From Octopus vulgaris (taxonomy: Eukaryota): a stretch of 64,000 bases of DNA. This document shows positions 36,750 through 50,039 of the stretch, one piece after another. The first letter of the stretch is position 1; every line of letters begins with the position of its first letter. Where the stretch lies: contig OX597839.1 of assembly GCA_951406725.2 (NCBI GenBank), positions 8,370,001 through 8,434,000 of the forward strand, given 5' to 3'. The notes under the pieces were generated by a model. The model was not told the origin of the DNA. It worked only from the letters and a program-made list of their open reading frames with translations, and searched no databases. Position numbers and translations under genes: made by a program.

Positions 36750-37635
36750 TGAATTATCCAATGTTTACCGTTAAACTGTTACCAAGGTAGCCAAATTCCC
36801 GTCAGAAACACGGCTGAAGCGACCTATCCAAAGGTAGAAACTCCAGGTTAATGTGCAGTAATTTGTATGTTATAAATGAATAAATAAATAAATGGAGTTG
36901 AACGAAGATGTTAATAAAATTCTTTTACTTTCGACATATGTTTCGAAGACAATATGGTTTTATTCCAAAGGAATAAACGGTGTAAAATGCAATCTTCTCA
37001 TCAGGAAAGAAAGAGAGCCTCTCTCAACAACAAGACGTTATAACAATTACGATGACTGCCTAAATGATAAACAGAACGTTATTAAGTATTTTTAAAAAAC
37101 CGTTAGCAGATTTGACGTCAAAGGCAGATAGTAGAAAGAGAAGGGTTAAAGGAATAATAAGTAGAGAACAAGTAGAGAGGGGTATATAGGTTTAAAAAAA
37201 TGTTCAAAGGCTTGGAAGTAGATTTCTCTATTGAAGTAAAGTGCAAGTTAAACTAACTGTTTAAACTATAAAGACTGGCGATATCACTTATATGAGTAAA
37301 AAGTATGTTTCTGCCAGTGTTTACATTTGTACGATCGCTCTATAAGTGTGTTAACAAGTTGATTCTTAGAGAAGAGAGTATGGAAGAGTTCAGAGTTGCA
37401 AATGTTACAAAATCTCTTGCCCTTATCGAAAGGAATGGATACGTACAGTATGAACCAATCTAACTTAAAATCTTTATTGTTGTCTTTAAGATGCCAAACC
37501 AATTTACTTAACCCTGTACTATGGCGTTTTTTGCTATCCCTATATGATGAATAATGATTTGAAATTCTCTTGGATAACTGTAGAAGTAGACATCGGTACC
37601 GGAAGAAATTTTACACTGGTATATAGAATTCTTGA
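36750..37635 (-). mobile_element. Penelope-like retroelement 3' portion (GIY-YIG endonuclease relic and pLTR)
   Basis: Minus-strand KNSIYQCKI...RHSTGLSKLVWHLKDNNKDFKLDWFIL...PFDKGKRFCNICNSE...LVN...E...KCKH matches the PLE endonuclease C-terminal signature; hammerhead fold downstream of the stop. Confidence 0.8.
36928..37009 (-). ncRNA. Type I hammerhead ribozyme with palindromic minimal stem III
   Basis: Minus strand: ctttc-CTGATGA-gaagat...(tttattcc ttt ggaataaa)...gtcttc-GAAA-catatg-TC-gaaag; stem I ctttc/gaaag, stem II gaaga/tcttc, stem III ACATATGT, GUC cleavage triplet. Confidence 0.8.
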
Positions 37636-37639
37636 GGTG

Positions 37640-37965
37640 GAGGAGGGTGGGGATAGGCGGAGGGTGGGAGAGGAAGGGGTGAGAGGGTGGAGGGGAAAGA
37701 GGAAGGAGGGGGAAAGAGGAAGGAGGGAGGGGGAAAGAGGAATGTGGGAGAGAAGGAGGCAGAAGAGAGAGGAAAGAAAGAGAGAGAGAAAGGAATGCAG
37801 AGACAGACAGAGGAAAGAGAAGGGGAGAGGGGAAAGGAAGCAGGGAGAGGACGAGAAGAAGGAGGGTGGGAGCGGAAGGAGGGATGGAGAGAGAGGAAGA
37901 TACAGAAAGAAAGTGAATGAGGGAGGGAAAAAGAAAGGGAGAGAGAAAGAGAGGGAGAGGCAGAT
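37640..37965. repeat. GA-rich low complexity
   Basis: Polypurine tract. Confidence 0.8.
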
Positions 37966-38488
37966 TTGCATTACTGCATGCAAGACCCCTTATACATACA
38001 AAAATATGCACACATACTTGCATGTATACATCCTTCGAAGATCTCCTAAACGTCAGTTTGTGACAACATCTGTCACCATCACCGCCTTCACCATCTCCTA
38101 CATCACAACCAAGATGCCACCTATCACCAACCATTTTCTTTCTTTTCATTCGATCACCCAACTACCTTCATCGAAATTAGAACCACCTACCACCTACCTA
38201 TCTGTCCTCATAAACAAGGAGCCGTCGCCACCGTCGTCGCCCGGACGTATTAACACATTTCACTTCCACTAACACAACACTAACAGCATCTCCCCCACTT
38301 CATCTCCCGCCCGAATATTAACCAGTCACTATTTACCATCATCGACCATCCGACTCCTCCACCGCCAAACAACCACCGTACCACCAACGTCGCCAGTAAT
38401 TTACGGTAATATCTAACCATTCCAAAGTCACGCCCATGCTATCAATCATCACAACCAGTCTTAGCAATACTACTACTGCCTCTTAAGA

Positions 38489-38529
<41 letters not shown>

Positions 38530-39184
38530 CACTACTACAACCTCTTAAGAACCCAAGCCGACCAAAAGCAAGACAAAATACCCACACCTCCCATCACAGT
38601 TTGCAGCCTGCCGACACTGTCAGTTGACTTCCGGTGAGAAGTTTATAACTTCCGCCCGAGCCACAACTCAATTGATACACTTTACTCCGGTGAATATTGA
38701 TCGAACTGTTCAAGCGTAGAGCGAGAAGGGATTAGTTAGGGGACGGGGTATGGGAGAAGAGATTTGTGAGTGATGGGGGGGAGAGGTGTGTTCGTGACAA
38801 TTGGGCGAAGACATCCCCACCAAAACACATAAATAAACTGTTTAACAATAAATACAAACAGTCTTCTTACCACCATACCTCCATAACCACCGTCATCGCC
38901 ATTGTCTTCGTTGCCGACGTCTTCAACGCCGTCATCATCATCATCATCAACGCCACATTTAAATTCCTCATAATCGTTAACATCATAATGATGGTCATCG
39001 TCCTCCTCATCACACATATCTCGATAACAATATCAGCACAATATGGCGGCTGCAATAATAATAATAATAATCACCGTCCTTCCAACCATCGCCATCACAA
39101 TCATCATTATCATCATCATCATCAACAAAATTATTGCCGATGTCACCGTTATTATTATCATCATCAATATGACCTTTTCAGTAA

Positions 39185-39452
39185 CGAGGCGGGCGGGCAG
39201 AAACGCTGGCATTACTTAACGGCATTTTGTCTGCCTTTACATTCTGAGTTCAAATACCGCCGAAGTTAACTTTGCCTTTCTTCCTTCTGGGGTTGATAAA
39301 ATAAGTTCCGGTTGAGCAATGGAATCGATAAAATAAGTTACAGTGGAGCACACAGATCGATAAAATAAGTTACAGTGGAGCACGCAAATCGATAAGATAA
39401 ATTCCAGTTGAACAATGGAATCGATAAAATAAGTTACAGTGGAGCATCAGGT
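39185..39452 (+). mobile_element. SINE-B head and core running into five 32-bp tandem units derived from its core
   Basis: ttctgagttcaaataccgccgaagttaactttgcctttc then gataaaataagtt...gagca...atc x5. Confidence 0.75.
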
Positions 39453-40095
39453 CAACCAAAGCTTTGTGAGTAGATTTGGTCGACGGAAACTGAAAGAAGC
39501 TCGGCTTATACATATAAGTGCGTCTCTGTATTTGTGTCTGTCCTCCACTACCACTTGAGAACTGGAGCGGGGTGTTTACGTTCCCGTAACATGACGGTTC
39601 GGCAAAAGAGACCGATAGAAGTAGTACCAATTTTAAAAATATAAAAGCACTGAGGTCGATTCATTTGACTATAATTCTTCAGAGATCAACATCATAGGCG
39701 TAGGAGTGGCTGCGTGGTAAATAGCTTGCTTACGAACCACATGGTTCCAGGTTCAGTCCCACTGTGTGGCACTTCGGGCAAGTGTCTTCTACTATAGCGT
39801 CGGGCCGACCAAAGCCTTATGAGTGGATTTGGTAGACGGAAACTGAAAGAAGCAAGTTGCATATATGTATATATGTATGTACGTGTCTGTGTATGTTTGT
39901 GTGTCTGTGTTTGTCCTCCCAGCATCGCTTGACAACCGATGCTGGTATGTTTACGTCCCCGTAACTTAGCGGTTCGGCTAAAGAGACAGATACAATAAGC
40001 ACTAGGCTTACAAAGAATAAGTCCTGGGGTCGATTTGTTCGACTAAAGGCGGTGCTCCAGCATGGCCGCAGTCAAAATGACAAACAAAAAAGGAT
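39445..40095 (+). mobile_element. Two SINE-A copies in tandem (decayed 39445-39690; full 39697-40095)
   Basis: ggcgtaggagtggctgcgtggtaa...cagcatggccgcagtcaaaatgac. Confidence 0.85.
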
Positions 40096-40113
40096 AAATG
40101 AAATATATATATA

Positions 40114-40525
40114 TATCTATATATATATATATAAACGGCAGTTTGTCTGTCTGTGTGTCTGTCAGGTTGTACCCTCACCCCGACCACGGTTGTACCCTCA
40201 CCCCGATTCTGATGAAACTAAACACACACATAGCCCAATGTCATAATTCAAAACTAACGCAGCGAACATTTTGAAAAGCTCCCCCAGTTTTGAAAAGAAT
40301 CGATAAATTCGACATGGGGTCGAGAATCTAAACTTTTTATATGCAACACATTTTCTGTCGGGAGACAGCTAGGAACATCGTATACATAGAAGTATTCGAG
40401 TGAAGAGAAGACATTGCAACCTACACATGCGCCTTCGTTCCCTAGAGGGAAAGGACTAGATTGGGATTAGTCGTTGCCTACCGGGGGCTCTTACATACCC
40501 GGGCAACGCCGGGCTATGCTGCTAG
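40114..40525 (+). mobile_element. Non-autonomous Helitron, second family
   Basis: a|TCTATATATATATATATAAA...CCCGGGCAACGCCGGG-ctatgctg-CTAG|t; internal direct repeat ggttgtaccctcaccccga x2. Confidence 0.85.
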
Positions 40526-40723
40526 TTAACTTATAAATTAACAGAATTTAAAAACTGACTCTTGGGCCGAGAGCTTCGTGCCAGTTTAATAATTAACATG
40601 CAAGAAGCTGTCGATCCTTGAGTCACTTCCTAACTTATGCAGATTTTTTTTTTTAAAAGTAGAGAGATAGGTGGGTAGAGGGAAAAGGATGGATGAATAT
40701 TCGTAATTTGAGTTCTTACAACA

Positions 40724-40771
<48 letters not shown>

Positions 40772-41010
40772 CATACATACATATATATATGTGTGTATAT
40801 ATATGTATATATATATATATGTGTGTGTATATATATATATGTGTGTATATATATGTATATATGTATATATATATATGTATATATATATATGCGTGCAAGT
40901 GTGCGTTCAAGTATCTGTCAGTTTATGTATGTGTGTATGTGTGTTTGTGTAAATGTGTGTGAGTATATATGTATATATGCATGTATTTGTATGTGTTTAA
41001 ATGCTTGTGT

Positions 41011-41049
<39 letters not shown>

Positions 41050-41491
41050 TACGTGTACACACATACACACACATATATATATATTATTTGTATGTATGTA
41101 TATCTATGCATTCATGTAGTCAGAGACTAATACAAACATCTTTACAAATGCTTGAACACTGAGTGCACGTAGATATTAATTTATACTGACACGCTCACAA
41201 CTAGACAAATGACGTTGACTCACACACACACATCGGCACATATACACCAGAGAGACCGACAGACCGATAGATAGACAGATATATATACAGATAGAGTGAG
41301 GTTCAAAATACGTACGTTAAAACAAGTATGCATATCTGCATTGAAATATACATGATCACACACAAATTTGTCAGACGGAATTAAAAAAATAACAAAAATC
41401 AATTGCAACTCAAAATAGATAAATACATAGACCGGAAGTCGTATTTTCTTTAGGTCAGAAAACCACCATCTATTTACATGTAAAATAGGCC

Positions 41492-41547
<56 letters not shown>

Positions 41548-42399
41548 CATATCTTTAAAATATCTGCATATATTTATACGCATGTTTAGTATTTTTCTTC
41601 GGCCTACTTTCACTTTCACATTCTGTTTCTATTTTATAATTTACTTTAGCTTTGTTTATTGTTGTTATTATCAGTTTGATGGTGGGTGATGATGATGCAT
41701 GACTTTCCTCCTTCCTTCCTCCAGGCTAGATCTCAGCATCTCACGATTTGGGTAAATGATCTAATTCACCCGGATGTGCGAAGGGCTGTGCGACAAACTT
41801 ATTTACTTAAGAACCATTAGGTTATCACCTACCCCCACCCCAACCCCCGTCCACATGCGCCTCTCAGTAAATGCCTCCCCCCACCCTCGTTTATACCGCC
41901 ACCGACACCACCGGCCCCATTACACTTCTATTTAGCACGGCCAGTTGAATCTAACGATTTTTGCTGTTGCTGTTGTTGCTATTACTGTCATGCCTCTCTT
42001 TGTCTACGTGTGTGTGTGTGTGTAAATTTTTTAACACGACAGCTATTACATTAAATTATCATTAGATTTCTCCGTTTAATTTATAGCCTTCCGTGTATGT
42101 CTATACATACAAACACGCACACAAACACATATGCACACGTACGTACGTACATACAATCGTAATGTGTATTTAGAGGTTCAACTGTACTCCCTTTCCTTTC
42201 ATTAATGTTTTTATATATACGCTTTAACTTTTAAATTTTTCGACATCAATTTGTAAACAACTGTATTCTTCTACTTTTTCCGCTTAAAATTCATCATAAT
42301 CACCCGTGATCTCTTTTTCTTTTCACTTCTCGGTAGAACCGCTTTACATTCTCAGCACAAACTTTACCGATGACATGTTTGTCTTTCAGTCTTCTACAT

Positions 42400-42710
42400 T
42401 CGAGAAAATAAAGTACCAACGAAGTACCGAGGTCGACTGTATCGACTAAGCATTTCACTGAGTTCAAATTCCGCCGAGGTCGGCAATGCCTTTCATCCTT
42501 TCGGGGTCAATAAAATAAATACAAACTTAGTAGTGAGGTTGATGTAACCGACTTATACCCTTCACCCGATAATGTTAGCCTTGGGCCAAAATGTGAAATC
42601 ATTATTAAGGCGGCGTTCCGCCAAAGTCGAAGACCTATTGGGCAAAGTGGTCAGCAGTATCTCTTCTGACTCTTTATGTTCTCAGTTCAAATTCCACCGA
42701 GATCAACTGG
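42400..42710 (+). mobile_element. Decayed SINE-B fragments
   Basis: ctgagttcaaattccgccgaggtcggcaatgcctttcatcctttcggggtc; second head at ~42608-42705. Confidence 0.7.
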
Positions 42711-42961
42711 ATACGTTTTAATGATTATAGTGGTGATTCCACTAAAAGTCTTGATCACTCTTGATCGAATTCCTTGAAAGGGAGAGGAGAAGAATAAGGA
42801 AGGGTGGGAGAGAAAACCAGAAAGGATGATGAAGAACAAAAGAGGGAGAGAGACAGGCAGGGAGGAAAAGTAAAGTTAAGAGCTAAGAGTGCGCATCATA
42901 ATTATTAAGATAAAACTTACTTGGAAGTTGATGCGTGGTGTTCGATCATATAATAACAAAA

Positions 42962-43021
<60 letters not shown>

Positions 43022-43136
43022 TAAAAACGGTAAGATACCAAAAGGAAGAAAGAGACCTAATATTATGTAAATAGAGGAAATTTATCTGTAATATAATATG
43101 TGACAATTATTCAATAGCCAAGATAAAGAGATGGCC

Positions 43137-43199
43137 AGATAACCGAAGAGATGGTGTTGTGGATTTCCACCTCGGCATCCGAAACTCAGAGTTTTATCT
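43137..43199 (+). ncRNA. Variant type I hammerhead-like motif, unit 1
   Basis: agataa-CCGAAGA-gatg...gtgg attt ccac...catc(c)-GAAA-ctcagag-TT-ttatct; stem I agataa/ttatct, stem III ACTC-A-GAGT; deviations are U4->C and one extra C in stem II. Confidence 0.55.
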
Positions 43200-43234
43200 T
43201 GGCTATTGAATAATTGTCACATATTATTTTACAG

Positions 43235-43265
<31 letters not shown>

Positions 43266-43381
43266 TAAAAACGGTAAGATAACAAAAGAAAGAAAGAGAC
43301 CTCAATATTATGTAAATAGAGGAAATTTATCCGTAAAATAATATGTGACAATTATTCAATAGCCAAGATAAAGAGATGGCC

Positions 43382-43444
43382 AGATAACCGAAGAGATGGT
43401 GTTGTGGATTTCCACCTCGGCATCCGAAACTGAGAGTTCTATCT
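43382..43444 (+). ncRNA. Variant hammerhead-like motif, unit 2 (stems I and III mutated)
   Basis: Same core as unit 1, but actgagagt and ctatct disrupt pairing. Confidence 0.4.
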
Positions 43445-43476
43445 TGGCTATTGAATATTGTCACATATTATTTTAC

Positions 43477-43531
<55 letters not shown>

Positions 43532-43564
43532 GTATATATATACAGGATATATATAAACAAGATA

Positions 43565-43990
43565 TATAGACGGGTGTGGAGTGCAGTGAAAGCATTTGAA
43601 GAGGCCAAGATAATGCAAGTAAGATTCTAAAGAGATCTAATGAAGAATGTAACGATCGAGAAGGTGAATGGCAATGACCTTTTTGCGTACACAGTCTGCG
43701 ACAGAGGGAAAACGAACCTCCACCAACTATTCTGCCTATATATCTGTGCACACCTTTGAATGCAGTATGTACGAGGTTTGCACATCCAACAGAGGCCTCA
43801 AGAGACATTTCAAGATCCACAAAGAGCAGAACTTATCTGCAGGTATTGGTAGTGCAAATCGGAAGTGCAATCAATGTGGGTGTCTTTTCGGAACATTGTC
43901 TGGTTCAAAAAGCCACATCACATGCCATGATGGTGCTAAGGTGTAGGTACAGGAGGTGGTCAAACGGTCAAACTCTGTATAAGGAGTAGA
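43565..43990 (+). mobile_element. Probable RTE-clade LINE C-terminus with two C2H2-like fingers
   Basis: RVWSAVKAFEEAK...FECSMYEVCTSNRGLKRHFKIH...KCNQCGCLFGTLSGSKSHITCH*; no TGEKP linker. Confidence 0.55.
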
Positions 43991-44022
43991 TAAGCACCAT
44001 ATATATATATATATGGTGCTTA

Positions 44023-44104
<82 letters not shown>

Positions 44105-44311
44105 ATTTGAAATTTAACGTATATATGAATACATTACAGGTTTTATGATTCCGTGGGTTGAAAACTTATCGATTATCAGAGAAAAATATCCATCAACACT
44201 GGACAGAGAGATTAGAATCGCCTACTTATTTATAGCTGCTTATAGTCCAAAAAGAGTCGGGCATCCATGCAACACACATATCAACACAAAAACCGACTAA
44301 TATACACATGC

Positions 44312-44354
<43 letters not shown>

Positions 44355-44583
44355 CATGTGTGTGCATCATATATATGCGTGTGTGAATTATATACATACA
44401 TAGCTTGATGTCTTCCTACGTACGTATATATGTGTGTGTGTATATATATATATATATATAAAATGTATGTATACCGCGCGGTGAGTGGCTGTGTATTATG
44501 ATGTCCAACCTCATTAAGAATAAAACATTGAACCACTTAAGTTTAAGGATCTCAGACAAATTACTGTGGTTTTTAGGAGAGAG

Positions 44584-45200
<617 letters not shown>

Positions 45201-45621
45201 TTAAGACAAAAAGCTGAGACGAAGAAAATAAAATTGTTTTGTGAATCTAAGCGTTAAGTGAAGTATGGAACGAATCTATTAAATCGTTAATTGGTAGATA
45301 AAAGTCGTGAATGTTTCTTGTCTACTCCAAGTAGTGACATTATGGCTAACGACAAGGAATCACTTGGCTAAACTAAGCCAGCATCCCCAATTATCGATCT
45401 GTTTTGATATCTAGACGTCTCGATTGAATTTAGAGTCGAAATCTTAAGTTATACTTCCAGGCTTTCTATGTCGCACACAATCCTGCCTTCGTTTCTTTGT
45501 CTCTCTTTTACACGGTCCTTGTATTGTGCTTTTTAAACAAGTTACAACGCCAATACAAATATCTTCATCATCGTCATTATCATCATAAATATAGTCGTGG
45601 TCATCATCATCATCATCATCA

Positions 45622-45802
45622 AACGCAGGCGTGGGTGTATCGTCAAAGGTTTGCTTTGCAACTACATGGTTCCGGTTTCAGTCCCATTGCGTGACATCTT
45701 GGGCAGGTGGGTTTTTTTCTCTATAGTTTCGGGCAGACCAAAGCTTAGTGAGTGGATTTGGTAGACGGAAACTAAAAGAAGCTTGTCGTGTGTGTGTGTG
45801 TG

Positions 45803-45835
<33 letters not shown>

Positions 45836-46010
45836 ATCTCACCATGTTTGGTGATCGGTGTTGGTGTGTTTATATCCCCGTATCTTAGCGGTTTGGCCAA
45901 ATAGAATAAGCATCAGGTTTAAGACAATAGAGTACTAGATTCGATTCATCCGATGAGACGTTCTTCAGGGCAGTGCCCCAGCTTGACCGCACTCTAATGA
46001 CTGAAACAAA
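45622..46010 (+). mobile_element. Degraded SINE family A
   Basis: acatggttccggtttcagtccc...gagtggatttggtagacggaaac...aatgactgaaac. Confidence 0.75.
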
Positions 46011-46619
46011 ACAGCATCGTTGTGTCCATTATCAGCATCATCTTCATGATTTTAATTCACCCCACTCTTCCCTTCTTCCTTATTATCTTCATCAACATCA
46101 TTTTCATCATCATCATCATCATCATCATCTTCATGATGATAATTTTCCTACTCCACACTCCTCCTACCAACCATCCCATTCTTCTCCTCCCTTAATCTCC
46201 CACCCCATCATCAACATCACCGCCATTTCGGTTCGCAAGTAATCGTGTGTCAGGTTCGATCCCATTGTGTATCACCTCGTGACAAGTCTCTTTTAACCCA
46301 TCATATTTACAATGTGTTTTCAACAACAAAGTCTTGGGGCGAAGTTTTGAAGACTGAATCTGCGTGGAAACCATTTTAAAATATCAACCCTTGTTTTAAG
46401 ATGTTTCACCTAAGCTGTCATCAGGTTTATATTATATCCAACTCACCTGGGAAATCTTCAGTGGAATCTACTCTGTTGTAAGGATTCGGAACAAGTCGAA
46501 GCCCAGATAAACGAGTAATGCCTGCTGGAACCTTTTCCTGAAACCCAAAGCAATTTCAAATGGTTTTTCTGAACCAAGAGTGGTCACAATTCAAATGAAA
46601 CAAATATTAAATTTACTAG

Positions 46620-46890
46620 ACATGGCTGTGTAGTAAGAAACTTGCTTCTTAATCAAATAGTTGTGGGTTCAGTCCTACTGCGTGGCACCTTGAGCAGGTG
46701 TCTTGTATTATAGCTACAGGCTGACCAAAACCTTGTGAGTGGAATTGGTTTTCAGAAGCAGAAAGAAGCCCGCCGCATATATACCTTTGTGTGTGGACGT
46801 TTGTGTTTGTCTACCTACACCATTTGGCAACTAGTTTACCTATGTCTCTATATAACTTAGCAGTTCGGTTGAAGAAACTAATAGAATAAC
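46620..46890 (+). mobile_element. Degraded SINE family A
   Basis: catggctgtgtagtaag...gggttcagtcctactgcgtggcaccttgagcagg. Confidence 0.7.
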
Positions 46891-46899
46891 TTGCACCCT

Positions 46900-47200
46900 T
46901 AAAGGACTTTCTTGTGACTTGCGCATACCTGGGCTATACTTAATAGCTTCTGGTTTCGTTGCGCCCGATCTAGAGCTGTCCAAATAATACACATTGTTTC
47001 AGCTTTTTCTATGATGCCTTTCCATTCGCCAGTTCAGCTGCCTTTCAAACTCTGCGCCCATCCTGTGAGACATTATCTACAGATGGATAATGCCTTTTTA
47101 GCTTGATGGTATTTTCTTGTGCATGCAACCCGCTACCGTGGCTAATGGATAGCTCATGCCACTGTTGAAGCACTAAGAATAAGATTTTTGCAGCAAAAAG
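46900..47200 (-). mobile_element. Highly decayed LINE fragment, possibly RTE
   Basis: Minus-strand KQCVLFGQL*IGR resembles the RTE KQxLFGEL motif; many stops. Confidence 0.3.
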
Positions 47201-47332
47201 TGTATATAATTAGAAACTGTTGAAGCATTCCACATCGTAGATCGAAAATTTCACGGTTCTGATCATTCAAACGATTTAATATTCGACACCGGAAAACTCA
47301 GAGTTGTTTCAGAAAGCATCATCTGCAAATAT

Positions 47333-47380
<48 letters not shown>

Positions 47381-47733
47381 CACACACGTGTGTGAGTACT
47401 AGAGTAAGCACATAAATGTGAAACAAGGTTGCAAAATTGTACTCGAATACCGGAGATAGAGTAATGTGCTTTATTATTAAAGCTACCAAAAAAAAAATGA
47501 GTGAGTATATATACAGGTATAAATATATACATATATGTAGGTAGGTATTATGTGCACGTGTATATGTATATATAATAAATCTTCTTGATGCAATAAAGCT
47601 ATTTGATGCCATTGCAGTGATAACATTTCTCAAGTTGATATCTCATGCTGATAAATTTAATATTAGTTTCATCTCCTGTACCAACACACACACACACGTG
47701 AGTGTGCACGTGTGTGTAAGTACATGCATTTAG

Positions 47734-47785
<52 letters not shown>

Positions 47786-48339
47786 GTGGGGGAGAATATT
47801 TACATAAGAATTGGTGAAGAGGATGAAGACGTCGAAGATGGAATACGAAAGAATATCATATGGAAAAAAGTCAACATGTCAACATGTGCATGTAAATACA
47901 TATATACATGTTACACACATATATATATCTATATATATATATATAATGCTCTGTGTGTGTAGGTGTTCGTGTGTATGCGTGCTTGCGATTTTAGGAGTGT
48001 GCTCTATACATTACGCGTACAAACACTCCATTCTCTCACACATATACGTTTGCTATATATATATAAATGCATGCGCACAAATTGCAATGATATTGAGTTT
48101 TCTATTTGCCTTAGTCGATTGCGTTCACGACCCGTGGCTTTCAGCTATCATACACTCAACCCGATAGATTATCGATCAGATGGAAAACACAATCTGACAA
48201 CAAATTCAAACACGGTGAAGATGTTAGAGCAAAAACGTAAAAAAAAAATACCAATAAAGTAAATTAAAATGAAATTATATATATATATATTTACAGAATA
48301 TATATAGTGTATATATACACTATATATGTGTGTATATAG

Positions 48340-48990
<651 letters not shown>

Positions 48991-49118
48991 ATATATATAT
49001 GTGAATATATATGTGAATATATATATTATATATATATATATATATATGTGTGTGAATATATATATATAATATATATATATGGGTGTGAATATATATATAT
49101 ATGAATATATATATGAAT

Positions 49119-49174
<56 letters not shown>

Positions 49175-49456
49175 TATATATATATATATGAATATATCTA
49201 TATATATGGATTTATATATATATATGAATATATATATATAAATAAATATATATATGAATATATATATATAAATAATATATATATATATATATATGAATAT
49301 ATATATATGGATATATATGTATATGTACATGCATGCATGCATACATACGTGTGTGTGCATGTGTATTCGTACACATGTAGGTAGAGAAAATATATGTACA
49401 TATGCATATATACATACGTGTGTGCATGTAAGTGTATATATATATGTGTGTGTGTA

Positions 49457-49497
<41 letters not shown>

Positions 49498-50039
49498 GTG
49501 TGTGTGTCTGTGTCGCTGTGTGTGTACATACATATAGATATGACACAGGACTCTAAGTCCTACCCTGTATTGTTCTTTACGCAGCGAAAATATATTGAAG
49601 AACATTGCTTGGCTTTTATATTATTTATTTATCTATTTTCGTTTTAGTGTTGCTTCTATTCACCTCCATTTTCTTTTTACTCACATGTACAGAAATACAC
49701 ATACACACACACAACACGTTTATATGTGTACGCGCGCGCACGCGTGCGCGTGGGTGCGTTGAAAGGTGAATGGATCACCTGTGCATTTCCACGTTATTTA
49801 ACAAAAAGAACGATTACCTTCCCTGGATTGATTTATAGCTGAAATCACTGTGTACTCTGCAAGCCGGTGTACTTCGAAGTACGCCTCCGAACGTTTAACC
49901 AGAAGCACGCACCAAATCTCACGTATTTTTGATCAAAATTTAATATCACCCAAACCTTTCTAGAATTCATTATTATCCAAAAAAAAAAACAAACAAAAAA
50001 AACAGACACGGCATTATTAAAAACTGATCAATGCGTCGC

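Larger units (their letters stand above)
43018..43480. mobile_element. Tandem pair of ~220-bp non-coding units (43018-43236, 43262-43480), each with ~44-bp inverted arms around a hammerhead-like motif; probably Penelope-derived
   Basis: Two near-identical units between (TA)n tracts; arms atctgtaa..tgtgacaattattcaatagccaagataaa / tttatcttggctattgaataattgtcaca..ttacagat. Confidence 0.75.

Noticed and set aside
39295-39452. CRISPR-like 32-bp repeats
   Set aside because: Units are contiguous and derived from the SINE core; no spacers.
40205-40225. ctgatgaaac as a hammerhead core
   Set aside because: No stem II between CUGAUGA and GAAA; part of the Helitron 5' region.
43668-43946. Host C2H2 zinc-finger gene exon
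   Set aside because: First finger is defective, there is no TGEKP linker, and upstream residues resemble an RTE ORF end; better explained as a LINE C-terminus.
46385-46435. Minus-strand ctgatga-cagcttaggt-gaaa-catctta as a minimal hammerhead
   Set aside because: Core spacing is suggestive, but stems I, II and III do not pair convincingly; at best a decayed relic.
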